A stretch of 56,268 nt of DNA, counting the filler, from Squatina squatina (lineage: Eukaryota), in assembly GCA_031763465.1 (NCBI GenBank). It is 3 parts of 3 records of this genome, joined end to end, with 100 filler letters (N's around TTAATTAATTAA, not from the genome) between each part and the next. Parts side by side here need not be neighbours in the genome. Positions count along the whole stretch, not along the records: positions 1 to 14,517 come from JARFOE010000189.1; positions 14,618 to 31,998 come from JARFOE010000203.1; 1 more part is not named here. One strand, 5' to 3'. The translations under genes were made by a program, and so were the position numbers. This document shows positions 1 through 23,988 of the stretch, in pieces. Positions within the stretch are counted from its first letter, which is position 1; each line of letters opens with the position of its first letter. The notes under the pieces are model-generated. The model did not search any database. It was not told where the DNA came from and worked only from the letters and a program-made list of their open reading frames with translations.

Positions 1-3000
1 CCTGAAAAGTATCACGCTGTGCATGATCAGCACTTTCACATTAATTAAATACACATCTTACCTGTGCATAAAAATTGGTACAGCCTGCCTTGGAGTTGAG
101 GTCTGGTCATCTTTGTTGAAAACCTCCCTGTTAAACAACAAAGTAGGTGAATTGAGCAGCTGTTTAGGGATGGCAGAAGTGACCTTGTCCTGATGTGCTC
201 TGTTGCAGGAACAGGGGCTGCAAACAGTTACTATGCAACAGACTGTTCGGATACAGAATAGTCAAAAGAAAATGAGAAACTATACAGCAAGTAGCATTAG
301 GAAGATTCCATTAACCAGCCCAAAGGCAGCCTAAGATATACATTAGCTGCTGCACTGTTAACAACTTGATTACGAACACATATTTCTAAGTTAAAATTAT
401 ACTGCACTTTTTGGTGATACATAACTTACTAGTGATTAAAACCTAAGTGAATCCATGAGGTAACCAAATGAAGGAGAAATAATGCTACCAAAAAGGGAAA
501 GGCAAGGGTGTGCGATGGGAGTAAGTAATGGGGAAAGGATTGAGGTAGAACAAATAAGTGGTATTACAGCAGTTGATTCTTTGGAACTGTGGCTCAACTT
601 GTAGAATTGTTGAAAGAAAAAGGCATGAAAATAATATTTTAGATGCATGATCTAGAAAATTAAGCTAGGACATAACAACCAGTGCTGGCATGTTCTGAGT
701 CACCTGACTATTTTAATTGACCCATTTTTTTTTCCCGCTCCACCTCTATCCTTAACCCCAGAGAAAACTGGTGATAGCAAAAACAGCACTTGCTTTTAAC
801 CGCTGCATTGTAGGCTTGAGTCGATAGCTTGACCAATACTCTTGTGGCCCTTGATCTGCAATCCATTTTGTTAGCCACGAGGTAGAACATGCCAGCTTGG
901 CTTGCCCACTGATGAGCCTACAGGGTTTGGTCTAATTCTAATGACTTGTGCTAGTTGACACTTTAATGCGCTCCAGGAAGAAACCTGTGCCCCATACAAT
1001 TGGTTTCCCCAGTTTAAGATTGATATTCAATGCGGATGGCTTTTTTTGGTCCATTTTCATTACAGTTGTGAGTTCACTCCATGGGATGTTAGTTACTACA
1101 CTGATTTTTGAATCACTATTTTGCAAAGAAACCCNNNNNNNNNNNNNNNNNNNNNNNNNNNNNNNNNNNNNNNNNNNNNNNNNNNNNNNNNNNNNNNNNN
1201 NNNNNNNNNNNNNNNNNNNNNNNNNNNNNNNNNNNNNNNNNNNNNNNNNNNNNNNNNNNNNNNNNNNNNNNNNNNNNNNNNNNNNNNNNNNNNNNNNNNN
1301 NNNNNNNNNNNNNNNNNNNNNNNNNNNNNNNNNNNNNNNNNNNNNNNNNNNNNNNNNNNNNNNNNNNNNNNNNNNNNNNNNNNNNNNNNNNNNNNNNNNN
1401 NNNNNNNNNNNNNNNNNNNNNNNNNNNNNNNNNNNNNNNNNNNNNNNNNNNNNNNNNNNNNNNNNNNNNNNNNNNNTTTCTCCATATATACAGCCCCATC
1501 TGATCACTGGAGAAGGTAGGTTTACCAGATTAATAGACTTCTGTTACTAATATTTTTACAGCTAATAATCTTTTCATAACTGTGTCAGAAAAAGACCCAG
1601 TAAATTCTAAGAAGTGTTTAAATTCATGAGCTAAGCTTGGACACTAAGAGAAAGCCACTGCATGAGTTTAAGAAAAATAAATAAAACCACTAGCATTGGG
1701 GTCTGTGATCTGAATCCCAATTAGCAATGTGAATGGTAGTTTGATTTTGAATACTGTATGTTGATAAATGGAATTGGAGTAGTTGGAAGGTTTGAGGATA
1801 TGGGATTGGGCTACAGGAATGCATCTCTGAAAGGGAACACCACCATGCCAACACTAAAGTACTGGAAAGATTAAACAGGTAGTTAAACTTTAGTTTAAAA
1901 AAAAAATTACGCCAATTTTTTTATTAACCGTTTAAGAAACAGTTACCCAAGCCTTGTGCTTTTGGTAATTTCTTTGGGGGGGAAACTCCACCTGCCTGCA
2001 TAATCTATGCAGCGACTGTGCATTGCTTTAAATTGAGTTAATTGACCTTGTTGCACCTTGTTAATGGCACTGTGTAGAAGTGCAGCAACCCATTGTCCTG
2101 TGGAATATATAAATGATGCTTAACGAAGTTGCTTTTAGATGTGTTGCTAATCAATGTAAAATCCACAAATAAACAGTATTTTATGATGTGGATATATCCC
2201 ATTTTACAAATCTATAATTTGTACTTTATACTGGACTGTTATTTTCCATTAACCTTACTCTCCGATTGAAGCCCTAATTATGTGATATAAGGTCCTTTTT
2301 AAATTATATTCTGACAAATAAAAATTCCGTTGCTTTCTTATATTTTTGAAATTCTGTAAAGCGTCTAAACTGTTGGAGCATTTCAAAATCTGGAATCTGC
2401 TTATGGAAGAATGTAAAAGAAATGGCACTCTGTATAGCAGCTTACTTGCTCTATGAAAAATTAAATACCTATATAAACACACCAAAAAAAATTCTTACCT
2501 TGCTTCTGTATAAAAGGATACTTTGAACCATGTCTCTGAGCCATGCAACACCAATGAAAGCATTTACTGAGGTTTCTGTTCGCTCAGAATGAAGGTTAAA
2601 ATATGCTCCCAGTACAAGGAAACATTAATATTAAACCTTACAGATTTTTAACCCCAGCATGCATTGTTATTTACCTACTTAGATTGTTTACACAGGATGT
2701 ACAGCTAAGATGCCTATGTCCTTGTATGTTTCTGGCAACATAGTTATTAGTATAAGCTGAAAACAATGCGCACATAATAGCAATCCATATGTTAACATTA
2801 AGTCAGCATACTTCCATAATTTCCTCAATGCCACATTCTTCTTAATTCATTATTCTCTACAACACAAATCAAATTTTTAGAGGATACCAAATAGAAGCAG
2901 TAGAATTGAATGAGGCAACTCAGAAATCTGAGTTGTATAAAATATGTATGCAGCTAGTAAAATAATAGATGACATTTAACGCAGACAAGTGTAAAGTACT

Positions 3001-3738
3001 GCACACGAGAAAAAATGGTGATACACATACTGCATGAATGATTAAATAGAATAAAATAGCTACAAAGGAAGTTGAATAAGACATGGGAGTCTTGATGCAC
3101 TCTACGCTCAACATGTCCAATCACTGCCAAGTAGCAATCCACGGAGAAAATAGAATGTTGAGTTATGTAGGCAGTAAAATATGTCAGAGGAGGTTGAGGT
3201 CAATCTGTGTTCCTCTAATTCTGGCCTCTTGCACATCCCTAATTTTCATTGCTCCATTGGTGGCCATGCTACCTAGGGCCTAAGCTCTGGAATTCCATTC
3301 CTTACCCTCTCCGCCTCTCTTTCTTCCTTTTAAGACGCTCCATTAAAACCTACCTCGTTGACTAAGTATCCTGTCACCTGTCTTAACAGCCCGGATTTTG
3401 CTCTCGGCAGCCAAGGAATGGTGCTCGCCATTCACCTTGTTGACAGCTGCCCAGAGATTTTTTGCGGGCTTGTCAGTGGAGAATTCCACTAATCTGGTGT
3501 CTTTTCCAACGTAGCTCCCTCTACAAGGGATCTGTGGCGTCTGAACAGGGAACGCAACAGCGAGGCTTTTCAACCACTCAGANNNNNNNNNNNNNNNNNN
3601 NNNNNNNNNNNNNNNNNNNNNNNNNNNNNNNNNNNNNNNNNNNNNNNNNNNNNNNNNNNNNNNNNNNNNNNNNNNNNNNNNNTGTATATATATATATAAT
3701 AATATATATATATAATACACACGACCGAATTATAAATA

Positions 3739-14169
<10,431 letters not shown>

Positions 14170-14561
14170 ACAGGAAGACCCTGAAGCTACCTACAGATAT
14201 GTCTGAGGGATCACACTATGACAAGCTACTTCAGCTTCGGACTTCTGGGGGCGGGGGGGAAATAGGTTAAGGACATGCGCTTGTACTACAATACTTGTGC
14301 ACAAGGCACTCACCGAGTACTGAGATAAATTGCATTGTTTTGAGGAAAGAAATAGCACATAGTGCATAGCATTGTGGGTACAAAGCGTGACCACTATTCA
14401 GATGGTTTCTTCGTGTATTCGCAGATAATCCATTAGTGTCAATTCAGTTGGAAAATACAAGCCTTTTTTTAAAAAAAAATTGCACTTTTAAGCTGAAGAG
14501 CATCTTGTTGTGTAGCCNNNNNNNNNNNNNNNNNNNNNNNNNNNNNNNNNNNNNNNNNNNN

Positions 14562-14573
14562 TTAATTAATTAA
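14562..14573. other. Assembly linker TTAATTAATTAA inside an N gap (second copy at 32043-32054)
   Basis: Identical six-frame-stop 12-mer centred in two 100-nt gaps. Confidence 0.9.
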
Positions 14574-14617
14574 NNNNNNNNNNNNNNNNNNNNNNNNNNN
14601 NNNNNNNNNNNNNNNNN

Positions 14618-14910
14618 TGTCAGGGAGGGAGTTCCAGGATTTTGACCTAGTGACAATGAAGGAACGGCCGATATATTTCCAAGTTAGTACGGTGTGCAAC
14701 TTGGAGGGGAACTTGCAGGTGATGATGGTCCCATGCGCCTGCTGCCCTTGTCCTTCTAGGTGGTAGAGGTCGTGGATTTGGGAGGTGCTGCCGAAGAAGC
14801 CTTGGCGAGTTGCTGCAGTGCATCTTGTAGATGATGCACACTGCAGCCATGGTACGCCGGTGATGGAGTGAGTGAATGTTTAAGGTGGTGGATGGGGTGC
14901 CAATCAAACT
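14618..14910 (-). mobile_element. Non-LTR retrotransposon ORF2 C-terminal fragment (CR1/L2 group)
   Basis: LIGTPSTTLNIHSLHHRR..AAVC.IYKMHC motif. Confidence 0.7.
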
Positions 14911-17332
14911 GTAGCTGAAGTTCATCTATATTCCATATCTTCTGCTGAAGCAGAATTGGAGGGTGGAGGGTAATTGGAACATTTTGTGAATTCACTTCCA
15001 ATTCTAAAGTCATACATTCTGTCCTTTTTATATTTCCATGATAAATTTGTGCATCCATATAGGAAGTGTTGGCACATGAGCTATATTAACACACATGAAA
15101 TGATTGTCCATTTTATATTTTAAAAAGTGGTTTTGGAAAGTGGGCTAAATGGAATCTGTAATACTGGTAAAGATGCAAGTAAGAAACCAGCGCTTAACCT
15201 AAAGTAAATCGAGTGGTACTAAATGGGATTGGCCCCTCTTGCCGCCTGTGCTGCAAGTGGCTCTTGGTCCTCAGTGTGCATTGTTTTTACGCAACACGAT
15301 CAACTCTGGTTACTCGTTTAATTAATTTTTTTTTTAACTTTACACTTTTTTGTCCAGATTTAATTATTGTAGTAAGTGGAATAGTGAAGAGACCTGGTGC
15401 TCAAATGAGGTGGAGTAAAATTTTTAAAAAGTTAACTTTTTACAGGAAAACAGCAGCACTCAAGACTAATGAAACTTACTTGTCGCTCTCATTACATCCG
15501 GACACTGAGCACTTTAAAGGATGTTCGATAGAGCGAGCACCGAGCAGATTTGGGGGAGGGGGGCAGAGGGCAGCTTGCTCAAGTTTTCAGCCACTACAAT
15601 CGATGGATTCAAATTTCCTGCATTCCCGCTCCCTCAGCCACTGCAGTTCCCCACAGTCCAGGAAATTCACCAACTTAAAATCAGCTAAANNNNNNNNNNA
15701 CAAATATCTGAAACATGAAAATTAAGCATTTGTACAGAAGACTCTACAACTTGACATGGCCCAGTTCCTGGCGTTGGGAATTTAAGCCCAGATACATCAT
15801 GTAGATTTGCAAACTGAAATTTAACAGCAAAACTCAGAAGCAGCGCAACTTGTACAAGGTGCCTGACAGACCCGAATGCCAGCTGTCCCTGGACCGGTCC
15901 ACCACTAGCCCTATTGCTGACACCAACAAACCTGTGGCAGTCGGAATAAAAGCATCAAAGAGGTGAGGTGACCTCAAAGACAAAGAGCAGCTCAGCTCCA
16001 ATGAGGCAAAAGGCAGCACAGCGGGGCGAGAGGTTGCTCTGAAAAATGGTAGCTGTGCTGTGTAAATAAGTCTTTAATAGACTGCTGTATTAAAAACGCA
16101 CATCAGCATTAATGAATTAGCTTAGACTACAGAAGAGCAGATCAGACTCAAAAACAGTCTCCAATGGGAGCTCTAAACAGTTGGCCAGTCATTTTACACA
16201 AGTGCAGGAGGCTCCGGAAAGACCTCATTAACCTTTGAGATTATAATGTTGTCAAGATAAACTGAACACTAATCATTTAATATAAACATACTCTAACCAG
16301 GGCGCATGCAATCCAAACTCAGAAAAGGGAAGGTGAACGATAGCTTAGATTGAACTATTTCAGAGGGTGGTAACTGAAACAGACTGTTCAAAGGAGACAA
16401 GTTAGTGTCAGCAAATTCAAGAGGGAGCTGGTTTGAAATGATCAGGAGGTACAATGGGCAGAAGAACTTTTTTTTTTTTTAAATATAAACTTTGGGTCCA
16501 GCCTGATAAAGCACAATCATCCTTTCTGGCCTCGTATTCCCAATGCTGGAATGGTATTTAAAAGAATCAAATGCGCCTTTTTCCAGTAGTTTAGTGCGAC
16601 AGTGTAGCCGTCTTACGCAGATGAATAAACTGAAACCAAAAACAGTGATGTGAAGTTGCAAGGAATCGATAGCACAAAGTCAATTTTAATTCAGAATAGG
16701 AAAGGCTACAAGCCCAGCATGCACTGTGCTCTCCCTCGTCCGTTACATGCAGAGCTCTGCTACCTGAGCTCCATGAATCATTGCAGTCCAATTTTTGGCA
16801 GTTCTTAGCGCTTTACTTCAGTAGTCATTTGCCTTAATGGTACTCATTTATTAAATTCTTACAACACAAGCAGCCAGACATGTCTTATATTTCATTGTTC
16901 AGTTGAACTACAACACCACCAACCCCCTCCCACCCCTCCCCAGTATTCTAGCACCCTTTAACAGTTTACATTGACAGACCTGTAGACTGCTTGCATCCTG
17001 TCTAAGTGTGGATACATTGTGTTATGGTACGGATACCTAAAGAAGGCAAAGGGAAACATTTTTTAAAACTTGGAGGCTCGGGTTGATATTTTGATATGAA
17101 TGAACAAACCAAGTGGCTGTTTCAGAATCTACTCATTTGGATTTTATACCTATAACTGATGTGGATGTGCATTTTTATTACGGATTCATACTTATGTTGG
17201 TAATATAAGTAATTTTTAGATAATTACAGTGAAGACTTTAGTCTAGCTAGTATTTAGTTCTCAAAGGTGAAATGTAAATAATAAGCCTACAATGTAGTTG
17301 TTTTCTTTACAACAAACATGTAGTTGTTCCAG

Positions 17333-17590
17333 ACTACATGTGAGGCCAGTAATGATCTGGGAAGTCAGATTCAAAGCACAGAGCTCACCGTTCAAGTTTT
17401 GACTCTTTGGGCTCATCCTTCCAGTTGGGTCAGTGAAGGGGAGAATCTCACCATTGGTTGCACTGTTCACGGCAGTTCCTCAGCCCACTTCATCTGGAAG
17501 AAATTAGGGAACAACAGTGAAGCTGTTCTGTGCTCTACTAACAGCTTTACAATCCTTGAAATAACACAAAGTGATGTATTCCACTGCTGT
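17333..17590 (+). pseudogene. Immunoglobulin-superfamily (VCAM/ICAM-like) tandem Ig-domain relic
   Basis: TCEASNDLGSQIQSTELTVQ (F-G strands) runs directly into PSSWVSEGENLTIGC...FIWKK...FTILEITQSD (A'-E strands of the next domain). The DxGxYxC motif is broken. Confidence 0.65.
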
Positions 17591-18105
17591 CTCATGAAAA
17601 TGGCGCTATTGACTGCTGTGGTTAATGGCCTTCAAGCAAGGCCCAGAGTAGCACAGCAGAACATCCCCCTGGGTAGAATGTAAGCCTTGAAAAGCAGTTA
17701 CTGTATCATTACTTTGCTCTTTGTCACAGTGATGGCAAAATCACAGAGACACAACACTGCACCAATAAAAGCTAATCTTCATCCCAGTGCAACCTTTATC
17801 ATGTAACCTGCCAACTTAAATATACAATGGTCTCATCCTCTGCCCAAATGGAGCTGAAACCCAATGAATGTTCATATAGTTTTATCCTGTCATCACTTCT
17901 TATCTCCATTAACAGGAATCTTGGACTTATGTTGAAAAGGTGGCCTGGAATATTTCGCACCACTTCCCATTGACAACATCAGCTGTGGGCAATCAATTAC
18001 AGTTTNNNNNNNNNNNNNNNNNNNNNNNNNNNNNNNNNNNNNNNNNNNNNNNNNNNNNNNNNNNNNNNNNNNNNNNNNNNNNNNNNNNNNNNNNNNNNNN
18101 NNNNN

Positions 18106-18215
18106 GTTAAACTCAATGTTGAGTCCGGAAGGCTGTAAAGTGCCTAATCGAAAGATGAGGTGCTGTTCCTCGAGCTTGTGTGGAGTTTCATTGGAACAGT
18201 ATAACAGACCAAAGA
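18106..18215 (-). mobile_element. Penelope-like element, GIY-YIG endonuclease C-terminal fragment
   Basis: Peptide KLEEQHLIFRLGTLQPSGLNIEFN, characteristic end of PLE ORFs. Confidence 0.75.
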
Positions 18216-21200
18216 CAGAATTATGGCCTCCAGGAATATGTTCAGTCAGTGTAGGCAACCCCGAGGTTCATAATCACAAGTCTCCATGGAATCCGAACAG
18301 AACAAGCGCCAGGAGAAAATGAAGCATTTGTCTCTCAGGGTTGGTGGATGCTGTATTCTGTGGAGTTTGAAAGGGTGCTTACCTTCATAAGAATTTTTTA
18401 TTTGCTGTCGGGAAGAAAGATCCCCATCTCGTTTTAGTCACTTTGACGACAGGTTGGAATGAGGATTTGTTTTACTGTGATTCATATGGCGGGGGGAGGG
18501 GGGCAGTGGGGTACCACAGGGCGGGGGGGTGGAACGCGGGGGGGGGATGCTGGGATTTCTTCCACTTGCTTCCAGAGAACTCAGCAAACCAGTGTCCTAA
18601 TGGGTAGGGTGGTTCTAGTTCAATGAGCAGCAGAAGGCTTACCAGTCCTGTTCGCTGCTAAATTATGCAGTTTTAGCTGGTTAAACCTGAGCAGTAGCCT
18701 TGCAGGTATTTGAGGTTCCCTTGGGTCTTGGCTGTCACCAACCTGTAACAGAGCTCTCTGGAATGTTCCTACAGAGAAAACGTGTTCTCTCTCTCTATCG
18801 GGCAAAAAGAAATTTGCCTGTATGAATTTCTCACAAGCTTAATTTTGAGACTCCTTAAGGTAATGATTGATCTCTGATCTCTGTGCATCGCGGACACCCA
18901 GCTGTCTCAAGGAGAAAGACACGTTAACATAAAAGTGTAGGCCTTGAGCTCTCTGTATTTTACATTGCCAGTCACAACCTATACTGGAGACAGTGTGTCA
19001 TTAAGTAGCTCCTTCCATCAGCCTTGCCTAAGATAGTAGGACATTTATGAGTTGGGCTAATTCTTTTAATTATAGAGATTCTTCAGCTTGGACAGTTTCC
19101 ATTCCTGCCCTGCCTCTGATCTCTCCTTTTTTGGCCTTCGCGTCCTCTTTCTCAATAGGAGCAGAGTAATAGATTATAGTGTAAAATATTCCTGCTGGGT
19201 TAGAGTTTGAATAATATACCATCAAGGCACCCTTCAAAACCCCTTTGTCTAATACTTTTAACAACTCATTCAAATAAAATGGATATGCCAACTTTTCCAC
19301 TATTTTTTGCTTTCCGATCCGCTAGATTTCTATTGGTGATGTCCAGTAATGGTGGTGGTCTTCCATTTTGTCTCTATGCTCCTTTGACTGAAGATCACAT
19401 CAGTCTTTCTCTCTGGGTGGGAGATATTGCTTCATTTAGAAGCCATCTAAATTTGAGGCTATTTCAGACTGACATGCACGCCATAAATGATATAGAGTTT
19501 AGTGCTGAAAAATCAATAATACTTAAAACAAAAAATTATTGAGTCTCGATTGAAATCCATGGGCTGTCAATCATAAATGATGTATTTGAAGCTATTCTCC
19601 CGGCCTGTGTCTATGAGGCATGCAGACGCACACACACAAGGATTGATTTAATCACTGTGTCTCATTCATCATCAGCAACAGGTATACAGATGCAGTGGAA
19701 ACAGTTGGTGAGCATTTATTCACAGACATTGAATCTTTAATTTAATAGTTTATGACTCCAAAATGCAACATTTTCAAACTGTGATTTATTTATTGACTTA
19801 TTTTCCGGGATCCAATATTTCTACTTCAGTCATTGTATCCTGCACGTGTGTGGTGGGGGGAGAGGGCTATCACAGCCTGTCCTTGCAGAGTTCTTTTCTC
19901 CAGCTGTTATTTCATCTGCTCAATCATGAGAAACATCTTGCATCCAAGAATATTGCTGTTGTTTCATCTTTTTTGTTCATTAATCAATTCTTAAACTCTT
20001 CGGAGTTAAACGAGTTTGGCTTTTTATCAGTCGGTTATGCTGGTTTTCAGGTAGTGCATTGATTACAGCTGATACTTCCCTCCAGTCAGTGGAGCATATT
20101 GTTTCCCACCTCTTCCCCTTGACTAAACCTGGAGCACTGCGTAATATAGCTGAAAATATCAAAAGAAGGTCCCAACATCAAACGTTCAACAGGTAATGCA
20201 AGAAAACCAAGAAAAGAGAACAGTTCACATGCGCGCTTGTGGAAGCAAAAAGGCCTATTATAAGGAAAATCTTCTCAAAGGGTAACAGACCATTAAAGCA
20301 ATAGAAAACGTATCTCAAGCCAATTCCTCTTCCTTCTGCAGGACAGAGAGCCTGTGCCCGATACAAGGCGAACACTGTTACACAACGCAATCCTCAATTC
20401 TGTGTTCCACCACTTTTGTACCAAAGCTGAGGAAGGCTTAGGGCTTAACATCAAGGCTGTGGTCCAGTTTTGACCCTTAACCCAGCTCTACCACCCTTTG
20501 TCAACCACCAGTTNNNNNNNNNNNNNNNNNNNNNNNNNNNNNNNNNNNNNNNNNNNNNNNNNNNNNNNNNNNNNNNNNNNNNNNNNNNNNNNNNNNNNNN
20601 NNNNNNNNNNNNNTGCATTACCTAATACAGCAGTGTATTTAGTGACAACAACACAGTGATCGAGGCAATTCATCAACTGCATTTAGACAGAGCTGAGATA
20701 ATGCTGCTTGAACTGAAACCTTTGATGAGTGCCTTGAGGCCAATAGTCGATATGCATCATTTCTGATGGAAACCTGACGTCTTGGGATTAACCTCGTAGC
20801 TGGCCCTTCATGTGCTTTGGATGGATTGCTACAGCTTTGCATAAAATAATGTTAAAAAAATACTTGCTTCGCAAAAATGGCGTATTTCATTGTCCCCTCA
20901 TATCTTACCATATCTCCTAGCATTCAGAATTGTTAAGAATTATCAACCAGTTTACCCTTTATTCTCTCATCTGCTAATTAACTCTTGCGTTTTGCAACTT
21001 TTACAGTTGATTAAAACTAAAGCAATTCAGTTTTTAAGCTGGGATTTGGAGGTTTGCTGCTTGAATCATGAGTCTTCGGGACATAAATTCTGTCCCCTTC
21101 CAAAACGAGAATGCTGTTTAAAAATGGGATAAACAGAAGACAGAAATGGAGATTCATAAGTTAATGTCTCAACAAGCAGCCATTCAGTCTATTTGCCTTC

Positions 21201-23375
21201 TGTGAATTTCTGTCTGCAAAAGACACCAGGGGAGTGGAATTCTCTGCGCCACTTCGGGACGGTAGCGGGGTGGNNNNNNNNNNNNNNNNNNNNNNNNNNN
21301 NNNNNNNNNNNNNNNNNNNNNNNNNNNNNNNNNNNNNNNNNNNNNNNNNNNNNNNNNNNNNNNNNNNNNNNNNGAAATAATGGCATCGTATTATGACACG
21401 GGCAACCAGTAGGAACCATTGAAGGAAATGGGCAGTGGCGCGGGGCGGGGGGGTGGTGCGATGGTGAGAAACTAGCACATTACACTGAGTTATTGTAAGA
21501 AAACAGGATGCTGCATATTGCATGTTCAGTCATCATGTGAAACTAGCATCTGAGCAAACTGCAGCAACAACTCCAACCCAAGAGTACCCCATTAAAATTA
21601 ATGGCATCTTGTACATTTCTGTACTAAGACACCAAGGGAAAATGAAGAGTACTTTAATGCCATTATGAATAAAAAATGAATCATGAGTCCAGAAAACGAT
21701 TCAGAATGGTGTGAATCTACCTCGGGGGCTTTAGCAAAGTCATTATTTTCACATGAATTATTTGAATCTGGCACAGTGATCACAAAGATAAGCGATAACC
21801 TGTTGAGTTTGTCCACTGATTCAATCTCCTGTACCACCACAGCTCTAATGTGCCATTGTATTATAGGACAATTGAAACATGCTTACATTATCAATGTTCT
21901 TTTCTTGACTAATGTGATGAATTTAATAGAAGTAAAAGTAACAATGACCTTAAAATGAAACTGCTTTATTAACTCATTTTATTTAACTATATAGTCAATG
22001 AGTTTGCTTGTAAAACCTATGTTTTAGGTGCTAGCTTGGCTCAGTTCCACTGCAGGATTAAAGGTGCAAAGTTGGTTCCAACAGTTGAGCTACATTGGCA
22101 GTACTACTGTGATTCAATATTAAAAGGAGTTGATCAAGTATAAGAAATAATTGCCTCTCCTTGGCTCTGTAATCTCCTCCTGCCCTTTTACCTCCTAGAT
22201 CTTTGCGCACTGCCTATTCTGGCCTGGCTATCCCTGATTTTAATCGCTCCACCATTGGTGGCCATGCCTTCTGTTGCCTAGGCCCCAGGCTCAGAATTCC
22301 CTCCCTAAACCTCTCCNNNNNNNNNNNNNNNNNNNNNNNNNNNNNNNNNNNNNNNNNNNNNNNNNNNNNNNNNNNNNNNNNNNNNNNNNNNNNNNNNNNN
22401 NNNNNNNNNNNNNNNNTTCAGACAGCATCTCCCACCAGCAACAAATTTAGCTCATCAATTATTTTGGTTGAGTATTTTCGTAAATGGCACTGTACCACAC
22501 CCATAAGGCAGCTTTGTCCCCATTCTAATGATCAAATTATGTGCTTCATGAGTTGACGGGGTCAGAAGTGCTTTTTAAAAAATCTATTCACCCAGCCATC
22601 TATTTCCATTTTTACGAGGATTTGCAAGACTCAGCTATTCCAGCCAGTCTATCGTTGATCGTTGATATGCCTCAGACATATTCCATTGTCATAACTCCAT
22701 CCTGCACTGCAGGCCGTATCTTTGAATGCTGCCCTTAATTAGCTAAATAGCTAGGTCAGAAATGTGTACCGTCTGTAATCAAGCATAGAATGTAAATTAA
22801 GCTCAGACCGATTTTACAACTCTTCACTTCCTATGCAGGACTGCTAATGTAATCAGTGTCAGACACGTCGTTGTCACTGCCTGACCTCCAGCCTGAAAGC
22901 ATTGCGTCTCCTCCATTTTCCCTTGTGAAAGGTTAATTGGTTTAGAAATGAATCGATTAGTTCTAGTCTCTAATGCTGTTATTCAGCTTTTACAAAAAAT
23001 GGTATAACAGAAATCCCTTTTATTAATCCAATTCAGTTTATGTTCTCTCAACAATTTATATCTAAGTGCCATGACAAGNNNNNNNNNNNNNNNNNNNNNN
23101 NNNNNNNNNNNNNNNNNNNNNNNNNNNNNNNNNNNNNNNNNNNNNNNNNNNNNNNNNNNNNNNNNNNNNNNNNNNNNNGAACATGTTTCCAAAGTGGTTA
23201 AATAAGTTATAGTACCTCGCAGGCAGATTGCAGTAAATGAAGTAGCAATATTATTTTACTTTAGCATGAAGTTAAATACTAGGTAGTTCCGAGGCTTACT
23301 TCCCTGTGGAAAAAAATTAGCGAGAGGCAAATTAATCCAGAATGAGCTTCCTTAAGCTGCTGCAGGGCAGCATCA

Positions 23376-23501
23376 TGATCAGGGGAGTCCAGCTGTGATC
23401 AGGGGAGTCCAGCTGTGATCAGTGGAATCCAGTTGTGATCAGTGGAATCCAGTTGTGATGAGGGGAGTCCAGTTGTGATCAGTGGAGTCCAGCTGTGATC
23501 A
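23376..23501. repeat. 20-bp minisatellite (tgatcag[g/t]gga[g/a]tccag[c/t]tg), 6 copies
   Basis: Tandem units read directly. Confidence 0.95.
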
Positions 23502-23833
23502 TTGGCGTGCCGTTAAGTTGAAAAGATAGTTTCATTGCCACTATGTAAAATCTGCTACACTTCATTTCTCGGTTGGTGAGATTCAGATTCAAGCACTTTG
23601 TATGAAGCTACCAGATTTCCATTTTCATTCTGACAGGGTGACGATTCTGGCTAATTACTGTGATGAATGAGTGTAATGAGAGTGCTCAGTCAGTTTTGGT
23701 ATTCATGCATGAAAGTGCCAAGAGCAGCGTGTTNNNNNNNNNNNNNNNNNNNNNNNNNNNNNNNNNNNNNNNNNNNNNNNNNNNNNNNNNNNNNNNNNNN
23801 NNNNNNNNNNNNNNNNNNNNNNNNNNNNNNNNN

Positions 23834-23988
23834 CCGAAAGACACCACCTCCGACAGTGCAGCACTCCCCCGGTACTGCACTGGAGTGCCAGCCTAGATTT
23901 TTGTGCTCAAGTCTCTGGACTGGGAGTGGAACCCACAGCTTTCTGACTCAGAGGCGAGAATCCCACCATTAAGTCATGACCGACACCT
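23834..23988 (-). mobile_element. SacSINE1-like SINE 5' part
   Basis: Reverse complement aligns with 46660-46780. Confidence 0.75.

Noticed and set aside
938-1550. Long ORFs spanning N runs (also 28717-29376 and many others)
   Set aside because: Artefacts of translating gaps.
15836-15968. Plus-strand open stretch (KQRNLYKVPDRPEC...) with a gtgagg donor
   Set aside because: Purine-rich acceptor, no homology signal, isolated.
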